Part shown: positions 37,971 through 46,949 of the stretch, in pieces | How the letters are laid out: every line of letters starts with the position of its first letter | How positions within the stretch are numbered: the first letter of the stretch is position 1 | Assembly (NCBI GenBank): GCA_964644245.1 | Contig: CAZXUR010000003.1 | Location: forward strand, 16,585-80,584 | Length of the DNA: 64,000 nucleotides | Source of the DNA: an uncultured archaeon | Lineage (GTDB): Archaea > Aenigmatarchaeota > Aenigmatarchaeia > CAZXUR01 | Direction: 5' to 3' | Translations under genes and position numbers: made by a program | The notes under the pieces: generated by a model | Told to the model about the DNA's origin: nothing | Databases searched by the model: none | What the model saw: only the letters and a program-made list of their open reading frames with translations

Positions 37971-39380
37971 ATGGAACTTCCCATAAGTACTGTAATCATG
38001 CTTACAGTCGCACTGGTGGTGCTGACCGGACTGTCCATATTTGCCATTGGCTCCATTGGGGAAGGTGGGGAAGAACTGTGGTTCTGGGCCGACTGGGCGG
38101 AAAAGGAATCCGCAGAGTACACCGAGCAGAACATCATCTATCTCGGAAATCTGGATACCTCTGGGAAAGAGGCTGTCGTAGAAACGGACAAACTGGCGGT
38201 CACCAGCATTTACAACAAAGATTCCAACATCAGGGTCCTTGAGACCGACCCAAGTGCAGGTACTGCTCGCATCGTTATAGGAGACCCAGTCTACCTCACG
38301 CTCAACGAGGGCAAGGAGGTTTCTGTAGACCTGGACGACGACGGGACATATGACATGACGGTGAAAGCAGAGGACATCAGGGAGGAGAGCATAAAGCTGA
38401 TGGTCAAGACCCTGTACCCCACAGAACCCTGCAAGAGCGACGCCTATCACTGCGTGGAGAAGACCAATGACGCGGGCAGCGTCTGCTACGGCCATTGCTG
38501 GAACTATGACTCTCCGATGGTGGATTCCTACGTGGCGGACTGCGACTCTTCGGAAGGCCTGGAAGTCTGTTGTTCCTGTGAAGGTTTTCCCCTGGAAGTA
38601 TGTGGTGACGACCACTGTGGAGGAGAAGAGGACCCGTCCAGTTGCTGCCTGGACTGCGGATGTCCTTCGGGACAGGAATGCGTCAGCAACACGTGTCAAG
38701 ATATTCCCAAAACACCTCCGGAAGGGCCGACCACCAGGGAGTACGAACCGGGCTACTGGGAAATCAACATAAACATACCCAAATCGCCCTCGGATTCTTG
38801 GCCAGACACGGGCATGTCTTACGCCTCCTCCGACCCGAACAGTTGGTGGATGGTCAAACCCTTGTACGACTACCAAGTCGCATACCCAGACCTTTCAAGG
38901 ACCTGGGGTGACTACGAACACAAGTACCTCACATTCCAGCTCAACACCAAGTACAAGAGTGGAAAATGGCTGATAGATATGAACTTGAACGGACTGAGTC
39001 TGGGAACTGACAACGAGTTCCTGAAGCCCAACGATGTGTGGTACCAGCAGGTGCTGGACATCTGTCCTCACCCGTTCTACATGACTTCCACAGAGTGGAA
39101 GTGGAAGGTTTATGACGGCGAGACCTATTCTACACCTCCTCACATCTGGCACGACGACCTGTTGTGCAGCGAGGACCAGCCTTCCTGCACTTGGAACACC
39201 TACTGGCCCACCGGATTCGTGGACACCAAGCATTCCCCTCCCAACGACTTGCCGGACGTGCACGACATAGAGTCCGTGGAACTGTCAGTCGAGGGCGAGG
39301 ACTGGACCATCCGCGTCTATCCCAGCGATAACGCCTTCGACTCCCGTGGTCTGATAAGGGAGAACTGGGTGAAGACTTAA
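37971..39380 (+). CDS. secreted cysteine-rich protein with conserved N-terminal hydrophobic helix (paralogue A)
   Basis: 469 aa; N-terminal MELPISTVIMLTVALVVLTGLSIFAIGS; Cys-rich module (about 20 Cys, CCSCEGF, CCLDCGCPSGQEC); Trp-rich C-domain. Confidence 0.7.
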   Translation: MELPISTVIMLTVALVVLTGLSIFAIGSIGEGGEELWFWADWAEKESAEYTEQNIIYLGNLDTSGKEAVVETDKLAVTSIYNKDSNIRVLETDPSAGTARIVIGDPVYLTLNEGKEVSVDLDDDGTYDMTVKAEDIREESIKLMVKTLYPTEPCKSDAYHCVEKTNDAGSVCYGHCWNYDSPMVDSYVADCDSSEGLEVCCSCEGFPLEVCGDDHCGGEEDPSSCCLDCGCPSGQECVSNTCQDIPKTPPEGPTTREYEPGYWEININIPKSPSDSWPDTGMSYASSDPNSWWMVKPLYDYQVAYPDLSRTWGDYEHKYLTFQLNTKYKSGKWLIDMNLNGLSLGTDNEFLKPNDVWYQQVLDICPHPFYMTSTEWKWKVYDGETYSTPPHIWHDDLLCSEDQPSCTWNTYWPTGFVDTKHSPPNDLPDVHDIESVELSVEGEDWTIRVYPSDNAFDSRGLIRENWVKT

Positions 39381-39410
39381 TTTATTTATTCTCTGAAGGC
39401 AAGTATTCTC

Positions 39411-40568
39411 ATGCCAGAACTGTCCATGAACTCGGTTATTATCCTTGTACTGGCAGTGATAGTTCTCACCGCCGTGAGTGTGTTCCTCACCGGAGAGGTG
39501 TTCAGCTTTGAGTCAGGCATAGAAGATATAGAGGAAGGGCACGGCATTGGTGGTGGAGGTTCGGGTGGAAGTGGAAGCGGTGGCACTCCGGACGGTGGAA
39601 ACGGTGGCAATGGAAACGGAGACAGCGGTGAGAACGGAGGAGACGGAACTACCACCACTCCTCTGACACTTGGAGTGGTTGATGAGGAAGGACTGACAGA
39701 ATATGTACTAATAGGTGAAGAACAGACCTTTGTTGTGCAGGGCGACGAAACAATTTACTCTGTGACTGTTGTCTCTGCCGACGATTCTCAGGCAGAGATA
39801 GAATTGGATGGGAATGGCCACGTTCTGTCTGCAGAAGAAGTAGTTGAATTTGATTTGACTGACCCAGAAGATGATATAAACGATATCAGTATCGAGTATC
39901 ATCGGACAGACGCGGGAGAAGCCGAACTAACTTTGAAGGCCCTACCTGGAAGGACGTTTCCCCATGACTATCCAGTTTTGTGTAACTACAACAGTCATGA
40001 CTGTTCTGAAGACCCTGCCGAGAAACCATCCACCACAAATATAGACTTCCTCCCTCCTTTGTTTGCAGAAGTCGAATATGATGGCAAGTACTTTACCAAG
40101 GACGAGTACGGCCAGAATTTCGAGACCATTGACTATGACTCTGTACCCACCCAAGAAGCAGAGAGTTCAACAGTCTATTTGGACTTGAATTCCGGGAGTA
40201 TGTACGTGTTCAGGGCCATGTTTGACAACAACGAAGAAGACTTGGTAGGGCTGCATCTCAGGACTGATGCGATACATTTCAGTCTGCAAGGACTGGACCG
40301 GGTCAAGAGTTGGAGGATGCCTGACGTCTTTGGTGACAAATATTACTTCTCGGAAATCTTCTTCATAAAACAAGACAATTCCTTCAAACCTCAGTACTAC
40401 AGAAAATGTGTATACACCTCACCTGGTTATGACATCATATGCAAGGACATACTCGATTATGTAAGTCAGGGTTATTCAAATATACCTCCTGGCAGTCATA
40501 CGCTTTATTTGGACATGGAATCTGTCGATGAAATAAACACAGAAGCATTGAGTATCCGGGTATCATAA
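39411..40568 (+). CDS. secreted Gly/Thr-linker protein with the same N-terminal helix (paralogue B)
   Basis: 385 aa; N-terminal MPELSMNSVIILVLAVIVLTAVSVFLTG nearly superimposable on paralogue A, then a GGGGSGGSGSGG...TTTTP linker and an acidic beta-rich domain. Confidence 0.7.
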   Translation: MPELSMNSVIILVLAVIVLTAVSVFLTGEVFSFESGIEDIEEGHGIGGGGSGGSGSGGTPDGGNGGNGNGDSGENGGDGTTTTPLTLGVVDEEGLTEYVLIGEEQTFVVQGDETIYSVTVVSADDSQAEIELDGNGHVLSAEEVVEFDLTDPEDDINDISIEYHRTDAGEAELTLKALPGRTFPHDYPVLCNYNSHDCSEDPAEKPSTTNIDFLPPLFAEVEYDGKYFTKDEYGQNFETIDYDSVPTQEAESSTVYLDLNSGSMYVFRAMFDNNEEDLVGLHLRTDAIHFSLQGLDRVKSWRMPDVFGDKYYFSEIFFIKQDNSFKPQYYRKCVYTSPGYDIICKDILDYVSQGYSNIPPGSHTLYLDMESVDEINTEALSIRVS

Positions 40569-42314
40569 TCCCCAACTGGGGTCTTTCTTCTGTTTTACGT
40601 CCCGAATCTCCTCCAGGGCACGCTTCTCGGTGTCGCCTATCAGTTTTTTGACTTTTATCAGGAGCTTGTACTCTTTGGGTGACAGGTCCGTATACAGCAC
40701 GTCTTCTTCGTTTATCTGACGGCCGACCGTGGGTCCTTCGATTGACACGGCCACTTCCTCGTTGACTTTTGCTTTTTTCACCACCACGCCCTGGCTCTGA
40801 ATCTGCTGGAGTTTTCCCACTCTCTCGCCCTTCTCGTTCATCAAATATCCTTTGTTCAAAAGGCCGGACATGACTCTGACCCCCACCACCGCCGGCTTTG
40901 AGATGCGGAACGTACAGTTCGGGAGTATCTTCAGCTTGGCTGGCCTGGTCAGGTTTGCCAGCTGCTCCTCCACCAGTTTCTGCTTCTTGTTCTCTTTCCA
41001 CTCTTCGTAATCTTCGACGATTTTGTAGACTATGTCTGATGTTAGAATCGCAACTCCGTGGTCCTTGGCGAATTCCTTGGCGTCTTCCTTGACCTTGTTG
41101 TTGAATCCGACCACTAGCTTCTGGTAATCCGACTCCTCTTCCACCTCGGTCACGTCCTTCTTGGTGATATTTCCGATGGAGGCACGCTTTATGGGGACCT
41201 TGTTCTTGAACAGTGTCATCAGCGCTTCCAGAGCGCCTATGGTGTCTGCCTTGAGCACGATTCCTTCCTTTCCGGTGACCTCGAACTCCTCGTACTCCTT
41301 CTTCATCTTTAGTGCTTCCTGTTTGGCCTGTTCTTCTGAGTCTACAACCGTGATTTCTTGGCCGGCAACTACTTTGTCCATGCCCGAGGCCGCGATTTTT
41401 ATCCCCGCGGCTGCCTTTACCTCGTCAACCGAGTCGAACTGTTTCTCCACCCGGATTTCCTTGAGTGGCCTCGGCTTGAGGAGGGAGCGTATCTTGGTGA
41501 CTATTGGTCTCTTACCTCCCACCACCAGGTAGTTGCTCTTCCTGGCGACCCCGTCGTAAAGTATCACGTCTATGGTCTTTCCTAGTCCCCTGACTTTCTT
41601 CACTTCCAGCACTACTCCCCTGCACTTGTCAGACAGTTCCAGTTCTTTCTTGAGGAATTGCTGGGCCAGACCGGTGAGCATTACCAGCAGTTCCGGGATT
41701 CCTTCCCCGGTCACTCCGGAACAAGGGATTATGGCGATGTTCTTCCTGAAGTGCTTGACCTTGTCGAATCTGGCTGCGTCAAAGCCTCTTGACCCCAGTT
41801 GCCCAACCAGGTTATAGAATCTTTCGTTCACCTCGTCCTTGGTCTGCTGTGACTGTGCCTTCCAGGATTCGGTGAAGCAGGCATTCTCCTTTGTCACCCA
41901 TCCGCGGGCCCGGTCGATTTTAGTGGCAGCCACCACGAAAGGAGTTTTCCTGGTCTTTAATATCTCCAGTGATTCGTCCGTCTGCGGCTTGAACCCTTCA
42001 TTTATATCGACCACCAGGACCGCCATGTCAGCCACAGAACCGCCCCTCTTCCTCAAAGTTGTGAAAGCCTGGTGTCCGGGAGTGTCTATGAACAGTAATC
42101 CGGGTATTTTAGCCTTTACCTTGAATTTCTTCATCAAAGAGCCACAGAACCGTTTAATAGTGTCAACAGGGACCTCAGAAGCGCCTATATGCTGGGTGAT
42201 CAATCCGCTCTCTTTGGTGGTGACGTTCGTACGCCTTATCCGGTCTAGAAGAGTTGTCTTTCCGTGGTCCACATGCCCTAAAATCGCTACTATCAGTTGT
42301 CTCATGGTTATCAC
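40563..42314 (-). CDS. infB: translation initiation factor aIF5B (IF2/eIF5B)
   Basis: 583 aa; G1 GHVDHGKTTLLD, DTPGH, NKID-like motifs, beta-barrel domains. Confidence 0.9.
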   Translation of the reverse strand: MITMRQLIVAILGHVDHGKTTLLDRIRRTNVTTKESGLITQHIGASEVPVDTIKRFCGSLMKKFKVKAKIPGLLFIDTPGHQAFTTLRKRGGSVADMAVLVVDINEGFKPQTDESLEILKTRKTPFVVAATKIDRARGWVTKENACFTESWKAQSQQTKDEVNERFYNLVGQLGSRGFDAARFDKVKHFRKNIAIIPCSGVTGEGIPELLVMLTGLAQQFLKKELELSDKCRGVVLEVKKVRGLGKTIDVILYDGVARKSNYLVVGGKRPIVTKIRSLLKPRPLKEIRVEKQFDSVDEVKAAAGIKIAASGMDKVVAGQEITVVDSEEQAKQEALKMKKEYEEFEVTGKEGIVLKADTIGALEALMTLFKNKVPIKRASIGNITKKDVTEVEEESDYQKLVVGFNNKVKEDAKEFAKDHGVAILTSDIVYKIVEDYEEWKENKKQKLVEEQLANLTRPAKLKILPNCTFRISKPAVVGVRVMSGLLNKGYLMNEKGERVGKLQQIQSQGVVVKKAKVNEEVAVSIEGPTVGRQINEEDVLYTDLSPKEYKLLIKVKKLIGDTEKRALEEIRDVKQKKDPSWGL

Positions 42315-42362
42315 CCTTGCATATGTGCATGGATAGAATTCGTTTCTAACGTTTATAAAGAT

Positions 42363-42854
42363 TTATTCGCCGAACCAAAGCTCTATTTCCCTCTCAGCCT
42401 CTTCTTTGTCGCCCGAGGCGTGTACGAGGTTTCTGCAGGCCCGTTCCTCGCGGGTGGAATCCTTGAGAGAGTCCTTTCCCCAGTCCCCGCGGATGGTCCC
42501 TTCCTCTGCCTTGGACGGGTCGGTGGTCCCGGTTATTTCCCTGGCCTTTTTTATGGCGTCCTTGCCCTCCAGTATCACGGCTACCGCCGTCTTACCCATC
42601 AGATAGTCCCTCAACCAGTTCAGGACCTTGAGCCCGTGGGCCTTGAAGTCCTTTATGTTCGCGGCCTTGTCAGCCTTCTTCCCCAGGCTCTCTGCCATGG
42701 ACTCCGGATAGTGCTCCCTTATCAGTGATGGTCCTGGCACCACTTCCTTCTTGTTCACCACTCTCAGACCGGACTTCTCAAACCTGGCCAGTATGTCCTC
42801 TTCCAGACCACGTTCCACTGCATCTGGTTTGAGCAAAATAAGTGTTTGTTCCAT
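42363..42854 (-). CDS. ndk: nucleoside diphosphate kinase
   Basis: 163 aa; NDK fold with active-site His in NLVHASGD; conserved infB-ndk adjacency. Confidence 0.9.
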   Translation of the reverse strand: MEQTLILLKPDAVERGLEEDILARFEKSGLRVVNKKEVVPGPSLIREHYPESMAESLGKKADKAANIKDFKAHGLKVLNWLRDYLMGKTAVAVILEGKDAIKKAREITGTTDPSKAEEGTIRGDWGKDSLKDSTREERACRNLVHASGDKEEAEREIELWFGE

Positions 42855-43115
42855 AGGATTAATTGGGAAGAAACAATAAATAGTTAAGGATGGTTTAATA
42901 TTTAATTATTTAATTATTTACTTCTTCTTTTTCCTAGTCTTCTTCTTTCCCATAGAAGTCACGCTCCTTTTTGTTAAAATATTTTACAGAATTAATAGAC
43001 TCAGCTAATATTTAAAGATGCCGAGTCTTGTGCCTGTTTTTCTTTTTTCTCAGAATCGCAACCTCCTGCCTTTTTGTGGTCGAAAGGAGTCAGGTGAATA
43101 ATGTATAGTTAAATT

Positions 43116-44393
43116 TCAGGGCTCGAGCCTTTCCGGTGTCCTGGGGAACAGTATTGCTTCCTGGATGTTGCCCAGGTCGAGCAGGCGCTGGGTCATGCGC
43201 TCGAATCCGAGGGAGAATCCCCCATGGGGCGGAACTCCATACTTGAAGAACTTGGTGTACCACTCTAGGCTCTTCAGGTTCATCTTCTTCTCCTTTGCCT
43301 GTTTCAATACGACGTCGTGGCGGTGTTCCCTCTGACCACCTGAGGACAGCTCAGTGCCCTTACAGAGCAGGTCAAAACTCCTGGCCCAAGGCCTCTTGTC
43401 CCGCATCACGTAGAAGGGCTTTGCCTTGTACGGAAACTTGTTCACGAAGAAGAAGTCTGCGTCGTACCTCTTCTTCACATAATTGCCGAGTATCTTCTCG
43501 CTCTCCCGGTCGTACTCATCACCGTAGGGGATTTTCTTGCCGTGTTTCTTGAGTATCTCGTAGATTTCAGGGAACTGGAGTATCGGGAAGTCCTTCTTGG
43601 GCACCTCTATCTTCTTTCCCAGCAGTTTCAACTCCTCCTTGCACTCCTTGTTCACCGTCTTAAGGGCGTTGACTACCGCTTCCTGCTCTACTTTGATGAC
43701 GTCGTACTCGTCCTCTATGAAGGCAATTTCCGCAGCCACCGTCCGGTGCTCGCAGACATGCCTGGTGGTATGGGACTTCTCTGCCCTCCATGAGGGGCCC
43801 ATCTCGAACACCCTCTTGAAACCAGAGGCGATTACTAGTTGCCTGTGGAGCATGGGGTCCTGTCTCATAAAGGCTTCCTTGTTGAAGTAAATGACCGGGA
43901 ACATGTCCGCGCCTCCCTCTGAGGACGAAGCCAACAGACAGGGGGTCTGCATCCAGAAGAATTTGTTCTTGGTGAAGTAGTCTATCAGGCCTTCGACCAC
44001 CTTGTCCTCCACTTTGAAGGCTGCCTGCACCTTTTCGTTCCTGACGTCCAGGCACCGCCAGTTAAGACGTGTGTCCAGGTCTGCTTTCACGTGCCTGGTG
44101 GTGAGAGGCACTGCCTCTGACTCCGAAACCACCTTTATTTCTTCAGGTACTACTTCTTTCCCTCCCGGAGCCTGCTTTGAGGATTTGACTCTGCCCTTTA
44201 CGACGACTGCCGACTCCTTGGACAGCGACTTTATTCCCTTTATCACATCCTTGTCTTTGGAAGTGATCTGTATTTTGCCGGTCTGGTCGCGCAGCACGAA
44301 AAACGCGATTTTGCCCAAAACACGTTTGTCCTCCACCCATCCGGCTACTGAAACCTTACCTTTTTTCACGTCTGCAATGTCTACAGATTTCAT
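43116..44393 (-). CDS. aspS: aspartyl-tRNA synthetase (archaeal type)
   Basis: 425 aa; N-terminal OB anticodon-binding domain, class II motifs, C-terminal FPRTPERLEP. Confidence 0.9.
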   Translation of the reverse strand: MKSVDIADVKKGKVSVAGWVEDKRVLGKIAFFVLRDQTGKIQITSKDKDVIKGIKSLSKESAVVVKGRVKSSKQAPGGKEVVPEEIKVVSESEAVPLTTRHVKADLDTRLNWRCLDVRNEKVQAAFKVEDKVVEGLIDYFTKNKFFWMQTPCLLASSSEGGADMFPVIYFNKEAFMRQDPMLHRQLVIASGFKRVFEMGPSWRAEKSHTTRHVCEHRTVAAEIAFIEDEYDVIKVEQEAVVNALKTVNKECKEELKLLGKKIEVPKKDFPILQFPEIYEILKKHGKKIPYGDEYDRESEKILGNYVKKRYDADFFFVNKFPYKAKPFYVMRDKRPWARSFDLLCKGTELSSGGQREHRHDVVLKQAKEKKMNLKSLEWYTKFFKYGVPPHGGFSLGFERMTQRLLDLGNIQEAILFPRTPERLEP

Positions 44394-44483
44394 GGATTAA
44401 CTTCAGCCCAAGAATATTTATAACTAATTCTACCGGAAATAGCGGAAATGCGCAGTCAGAGGGTTTAAATACGGTATTGGAAA

Positions 44484-45065
44484 GTGTTGTTTGTGATGAA
44501 CATGGAATTGTACGAGAGGCACTACAACTACGACCAACGCATCTTCGGAGACGATTCTCTGGTCAAGGACCAGGCATTGCTCAAGAAAAAGATGTCCGAG
44601 AAAGTCAAGGATGAGATCAGACGCGTGAAGGCATTTGTGAAACTACGCGTGTACGAGGGGAAATACTTGTACGCAGAGATAAAGACCAAGCACCGTATCG
44701 AGGGCTTGGTGCTCAAGGAACTGATAAAGAAGTATCCCAACTTCACGGTGGTGCTCACTTCGCCCCGGGGAAACTTCATCATGTCCAAGCGGGAGCTCCC
44801 GTTCCCCATAAAAAACGGAGTCTATTTTTCAGAAGAAGACCCTTCCTCTGTACTGAACCGTTTGCCCACTAAGGAAAGCCTCTTGAAATTCGAGAGGAGG
44901 CAGGGTTACTGGGACCGTGAGAGGAGCAGAAATTTTTACCGGGCAAAGAACCACCAGTCCAAGAGAAGAGCAGCTATGAGACGTGCCCACCGTTCCCACA
45001 GGACACCTAGAGCGGTTCCTCCGGCCGGCCTCATGACCAACCTACTTGACTTCACGTTCAAGTGA
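44484..45065 (+). CDS. DUF4130-like protein with highly basic C-terminal tail (tentative family assignment)
   Basis: 193 aa; EIRRVKAFVKLRVYEGKYLYAEIKTKHRIEGLVLKELIKKYPNFTVV resembles the DUF4130/TIGR03915 core; C-terminal RRAAMRRAHRSHRTPR tail. Confidence 0.5.
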   Translation: MLFVMNMELYERHYNYDQRIFGDDSLVKDQALLKKKMSEKVKDEIRRVKAFVKLRVYEGKYLYAEIKTKHRIEGLVLKELIKKYPNFTVVLTSPRGNFIMSKRELPFPIKNGVYFSEEDPSSVLNRLPTKESLLKFERRQGYWDRERSRNFYRAKNHQSKRRAAMRRAHRSHRTPRAVPPAGLMTNLLDFTFK

Positions 45066-45465
45066 TTGGATGGATTTGAATTTTCCCGTTAACAGTATTC
45101 AGGAACTTCAATCGCTCTCAGAGGAAGTGACATGGCAGTGGTTTGAGAAACTGGTTGCTTTCGTGCTCTCTGAGAACGGTTTTGAGGTCAAACAGGGAGT
45201 GGTCAAGTCTTTCGACAGAGACAAGAGACAGTACGATGTTATTGCGAAACGGTTTGGAAAGACACTGATTGTGGAGTGCAAGAAGGTGAAGCGTTTGTAC
45301 CCCTCTTTTTTGGAGAAAGAGGTGAAAAAGCATCTGGAGAGGTGTGGAAGAATCGAAGGTCAGCCTCTGATGGTGACCCACAAAGGTAAGTGCGGAAAAG
45401 TCAACGAAGTGCCAATAGTTCCGATAAGAAATCTCAACGCCTTCATCAACTCTATGTTCATCTGA
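45046..45465 (+). CDS. PD-(D/E)xK restriction-endonuclease-fold protein (Mrr_cat-like)
   Basis: 139 aa; WQWFEKLVAFVLSENGFEV...YDVIA...LIVECKKVK gives the D...ExK catalytic pattern; overlaps the upstream gene by 20 nt (operon). Confidence 0.6.
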   Translation: MTSRSSDWMDLNFPVNSIQELQSLSEEVTWQWFEKLVAFVLSENGFEVKQGVVKSFDRDKRQYDVIAKRFGKTLIVECKKVKRLYPSFLEKEVKKHLERCGRIEGQPLMVTHKGKCGKVNEVPIVPIRNLNAFINSMFI

Positions 45466-46114
45466 AGAACTCCCTCAGCTTCTTCTGCTCGATTTTACTG
45501 GGGATTCCTTTGACCGTCACCCAGTTCTTCCTCACGCAATCAGGGAAGGACTTGTTCTCCTTCCAGCACTTCTTCAGGAATTTCATGGTCAATGGGTCGT
45601 GGCAGTAGCCGCTTCCGAAGTCTCCATGTTTCTCAGCCAACTTCTTCACGATTTCCTCTCTCTTGACCTTTGCCAGTATGCTTGCCGCGCCCACTTCCGG
45701 ATAGTTCTCGTCCGCGAAGTTCTCCACCACCATCTCGACGTCCCTGTGCCTGAGGCCGTCTTCCAGTTTTCTTCTGAACTTCTTCAGGTTTGCCTCCGGG
45801 GAGTCCACGATGACCTTGTCCGGCTTAAGCGCGTTTATCATGTCCTTGAAGTGCTTAGTTTCCAGATGGTTCAGTTCGCTCCTGACCAATGCCTCATCTA
45901 TGACCTTGGGAGGGACAGCCACCACCGCGTGGTCCAGGGCGATTTCTCTTATCTGCTTCGCCAGTTTTACCCTCACCGGGTGTTTCAACTTCTTGGAGTC
46001 CTTGATTCCCATTTCCTTGAGTTTTCCCGAGTCCTTGGCATCGAACAGAACGCCTGCTATGACCATCTCGCCTATTGCCGGTCCCCTCCCGGCCTCATCC
46101 AGGCCCAGAATTCT
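45458..46114 (-). CDS. rnhB: ribonuclease HII
   Basis: Starts MRILGLDEAGRGPAIGEMV (DEAGRG active-site motif); the track ORF adds 9 aa. Confidence 0.9.
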   Translation of the reverse strand, partial: RILGLDEAGRGPAIGEMVIAGVLFDAKDSGKLKEMGIKDSKKLKHPVRVKLAKQIREIALDHAVVAVPPKVIDEALVRSELNHLETKHFKDMINALKPDKVIVDSPEANLKKFRRKLEDGLRHRDVEMVVENFADENYPEVGAASILAKVKREEIVKKLAEKHGDFGSGYCHDPLTMKFLKKCWKENKSFPDCVRKNWVTVKGIPSKIEQKKLREFFR

Positions 46115-46190
46115 CATATCTAAAGAGTACCACTCAAACAATAAAAACCTTTAAAAGCATTCCATTGTCATTAGTACTGCAGAGTCGCAA

Positions 46191-46265
46191 AGCGGAGTGG
46201 GGCAGCCAGGAGTGCCCGTCGGGCCCATAACCCGAAGGTCGGTGGTTCAAATCCACTCTCCGCTA
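46191..46265 (+). tRNA. initiator tRNA-Met (anticodon CAU)
   Basis: A1:U72 pair, acceptor AGCGGAG/CTCCGCT, A73, D-arm GGGC/GCCC, anticodon stem TCGGG/CCCGA with three consecutive G:C pairs, loop CCCATAA, T-arm GGTGG-TTCAAAT-CCACT; flanked by inverted repeat gcagagt...actctgc. Confidence 0.8.
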
Positions 46266-46310
46266 CTCTGCACCATTTAAACTTTATTAACATCTTCCCT
46301 AATTATTGTT

Positions 46311-46949
46311 ATGGCTGAACGTCTACGTCTGGAACAGGGGAAATATCTCGTGTCTGTGGCTCGCAAAGTGCTAAAGGAGTTCTTGAAGGAAAAAGGACCG
46401 GTCAAGGCACCCAAGGACTATCCAAAGACTCTGGACATAGACAGGGGCGTTTTCTGTACCCTTTACACCCATCCGAATAGGAAGCTCCGCGGGTGCGTGG
46501 GTATCCCCTACCCCAGCGCTAACGTGGTTTACAACACTGTGGATGCAGCATGCTCCTCCACCCAGGATACCAGGTTTCCGGCTCTGGAGCCCAAGGACTT
46601 GAAGAAGATAGTTATCGAATTGTCAGTCCTGACCGAGCCCAAACCCGTAGAGGTCGACAAGCCACAGGACTATCTGGAAAAAATAGAACTGGGAAAGGAC
46701 GGTCTGATAATCAAGTACGACTACGCAACCGGCCTGCTCCTCCCCCAGGTTCCCATCGAACAGGGATGGGACACCAGAGCTTTTCTCAGGAGCTTGTGCG
46801 TGAAGGCGGGTCTGGCACCAGAGACGTGGGTGTCGCCTAACGTGAATATATACAAGTTCCAGGCACAGATATTCGTAGAGAAAGAGCCTAACGGAGAAGT
46901 AAAAGAAAAGGCTCCCACTGAGTTCAAGAAGAGTCAAAAGGGTCGGTAA
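46311..46949 (+). CDS. AMMECR1-domain protein
   Basis: 212 aa; GVFCTLY and LRGCVG signatures. Confidence 0.8.
   Translation: MAERLRLEQGKYLVSVARKVLKEFLKEKGPVKAPKDYPKTLDIDRGVFCTLYTHPNRKLRGCVGIPYPSANVVYNTVDAACSSTQDTRFPALEPKDLKKIVIELSVLTEPKPVEVDKPQDYLEKIELGKDGLIIKYDYATGLLLPQVPIEQGWDTRAFLRSLCVKAGLAPETWVSPNVNIYKFQAQIFVEKEPNGEVKEKAPTEFKKSQKGR

Noticed and set aside
40435-41001. 188-aa Arg/Gly-rich minus-strand ORF
   Set aside because: It lies entirely inside aIF5B in another frame with low-complexity composition, and is a typical shadow ORF. The same judgement applies to the many 60-170 aa ORFs antisense to aCPSF1, ProRS, ThrRS, ValRS and the giant gene.
42918-42953. Tiny ORF MGKKKTRKKKK downstream of ndk, where rpl24e-rps28e-rpl7ae normally follow ndk
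   Set aside because: At 11 aa it is too short and does not match L41e or any r-protein. The expected L24e/S28e/L7Ae genes are simply absent from this locus.
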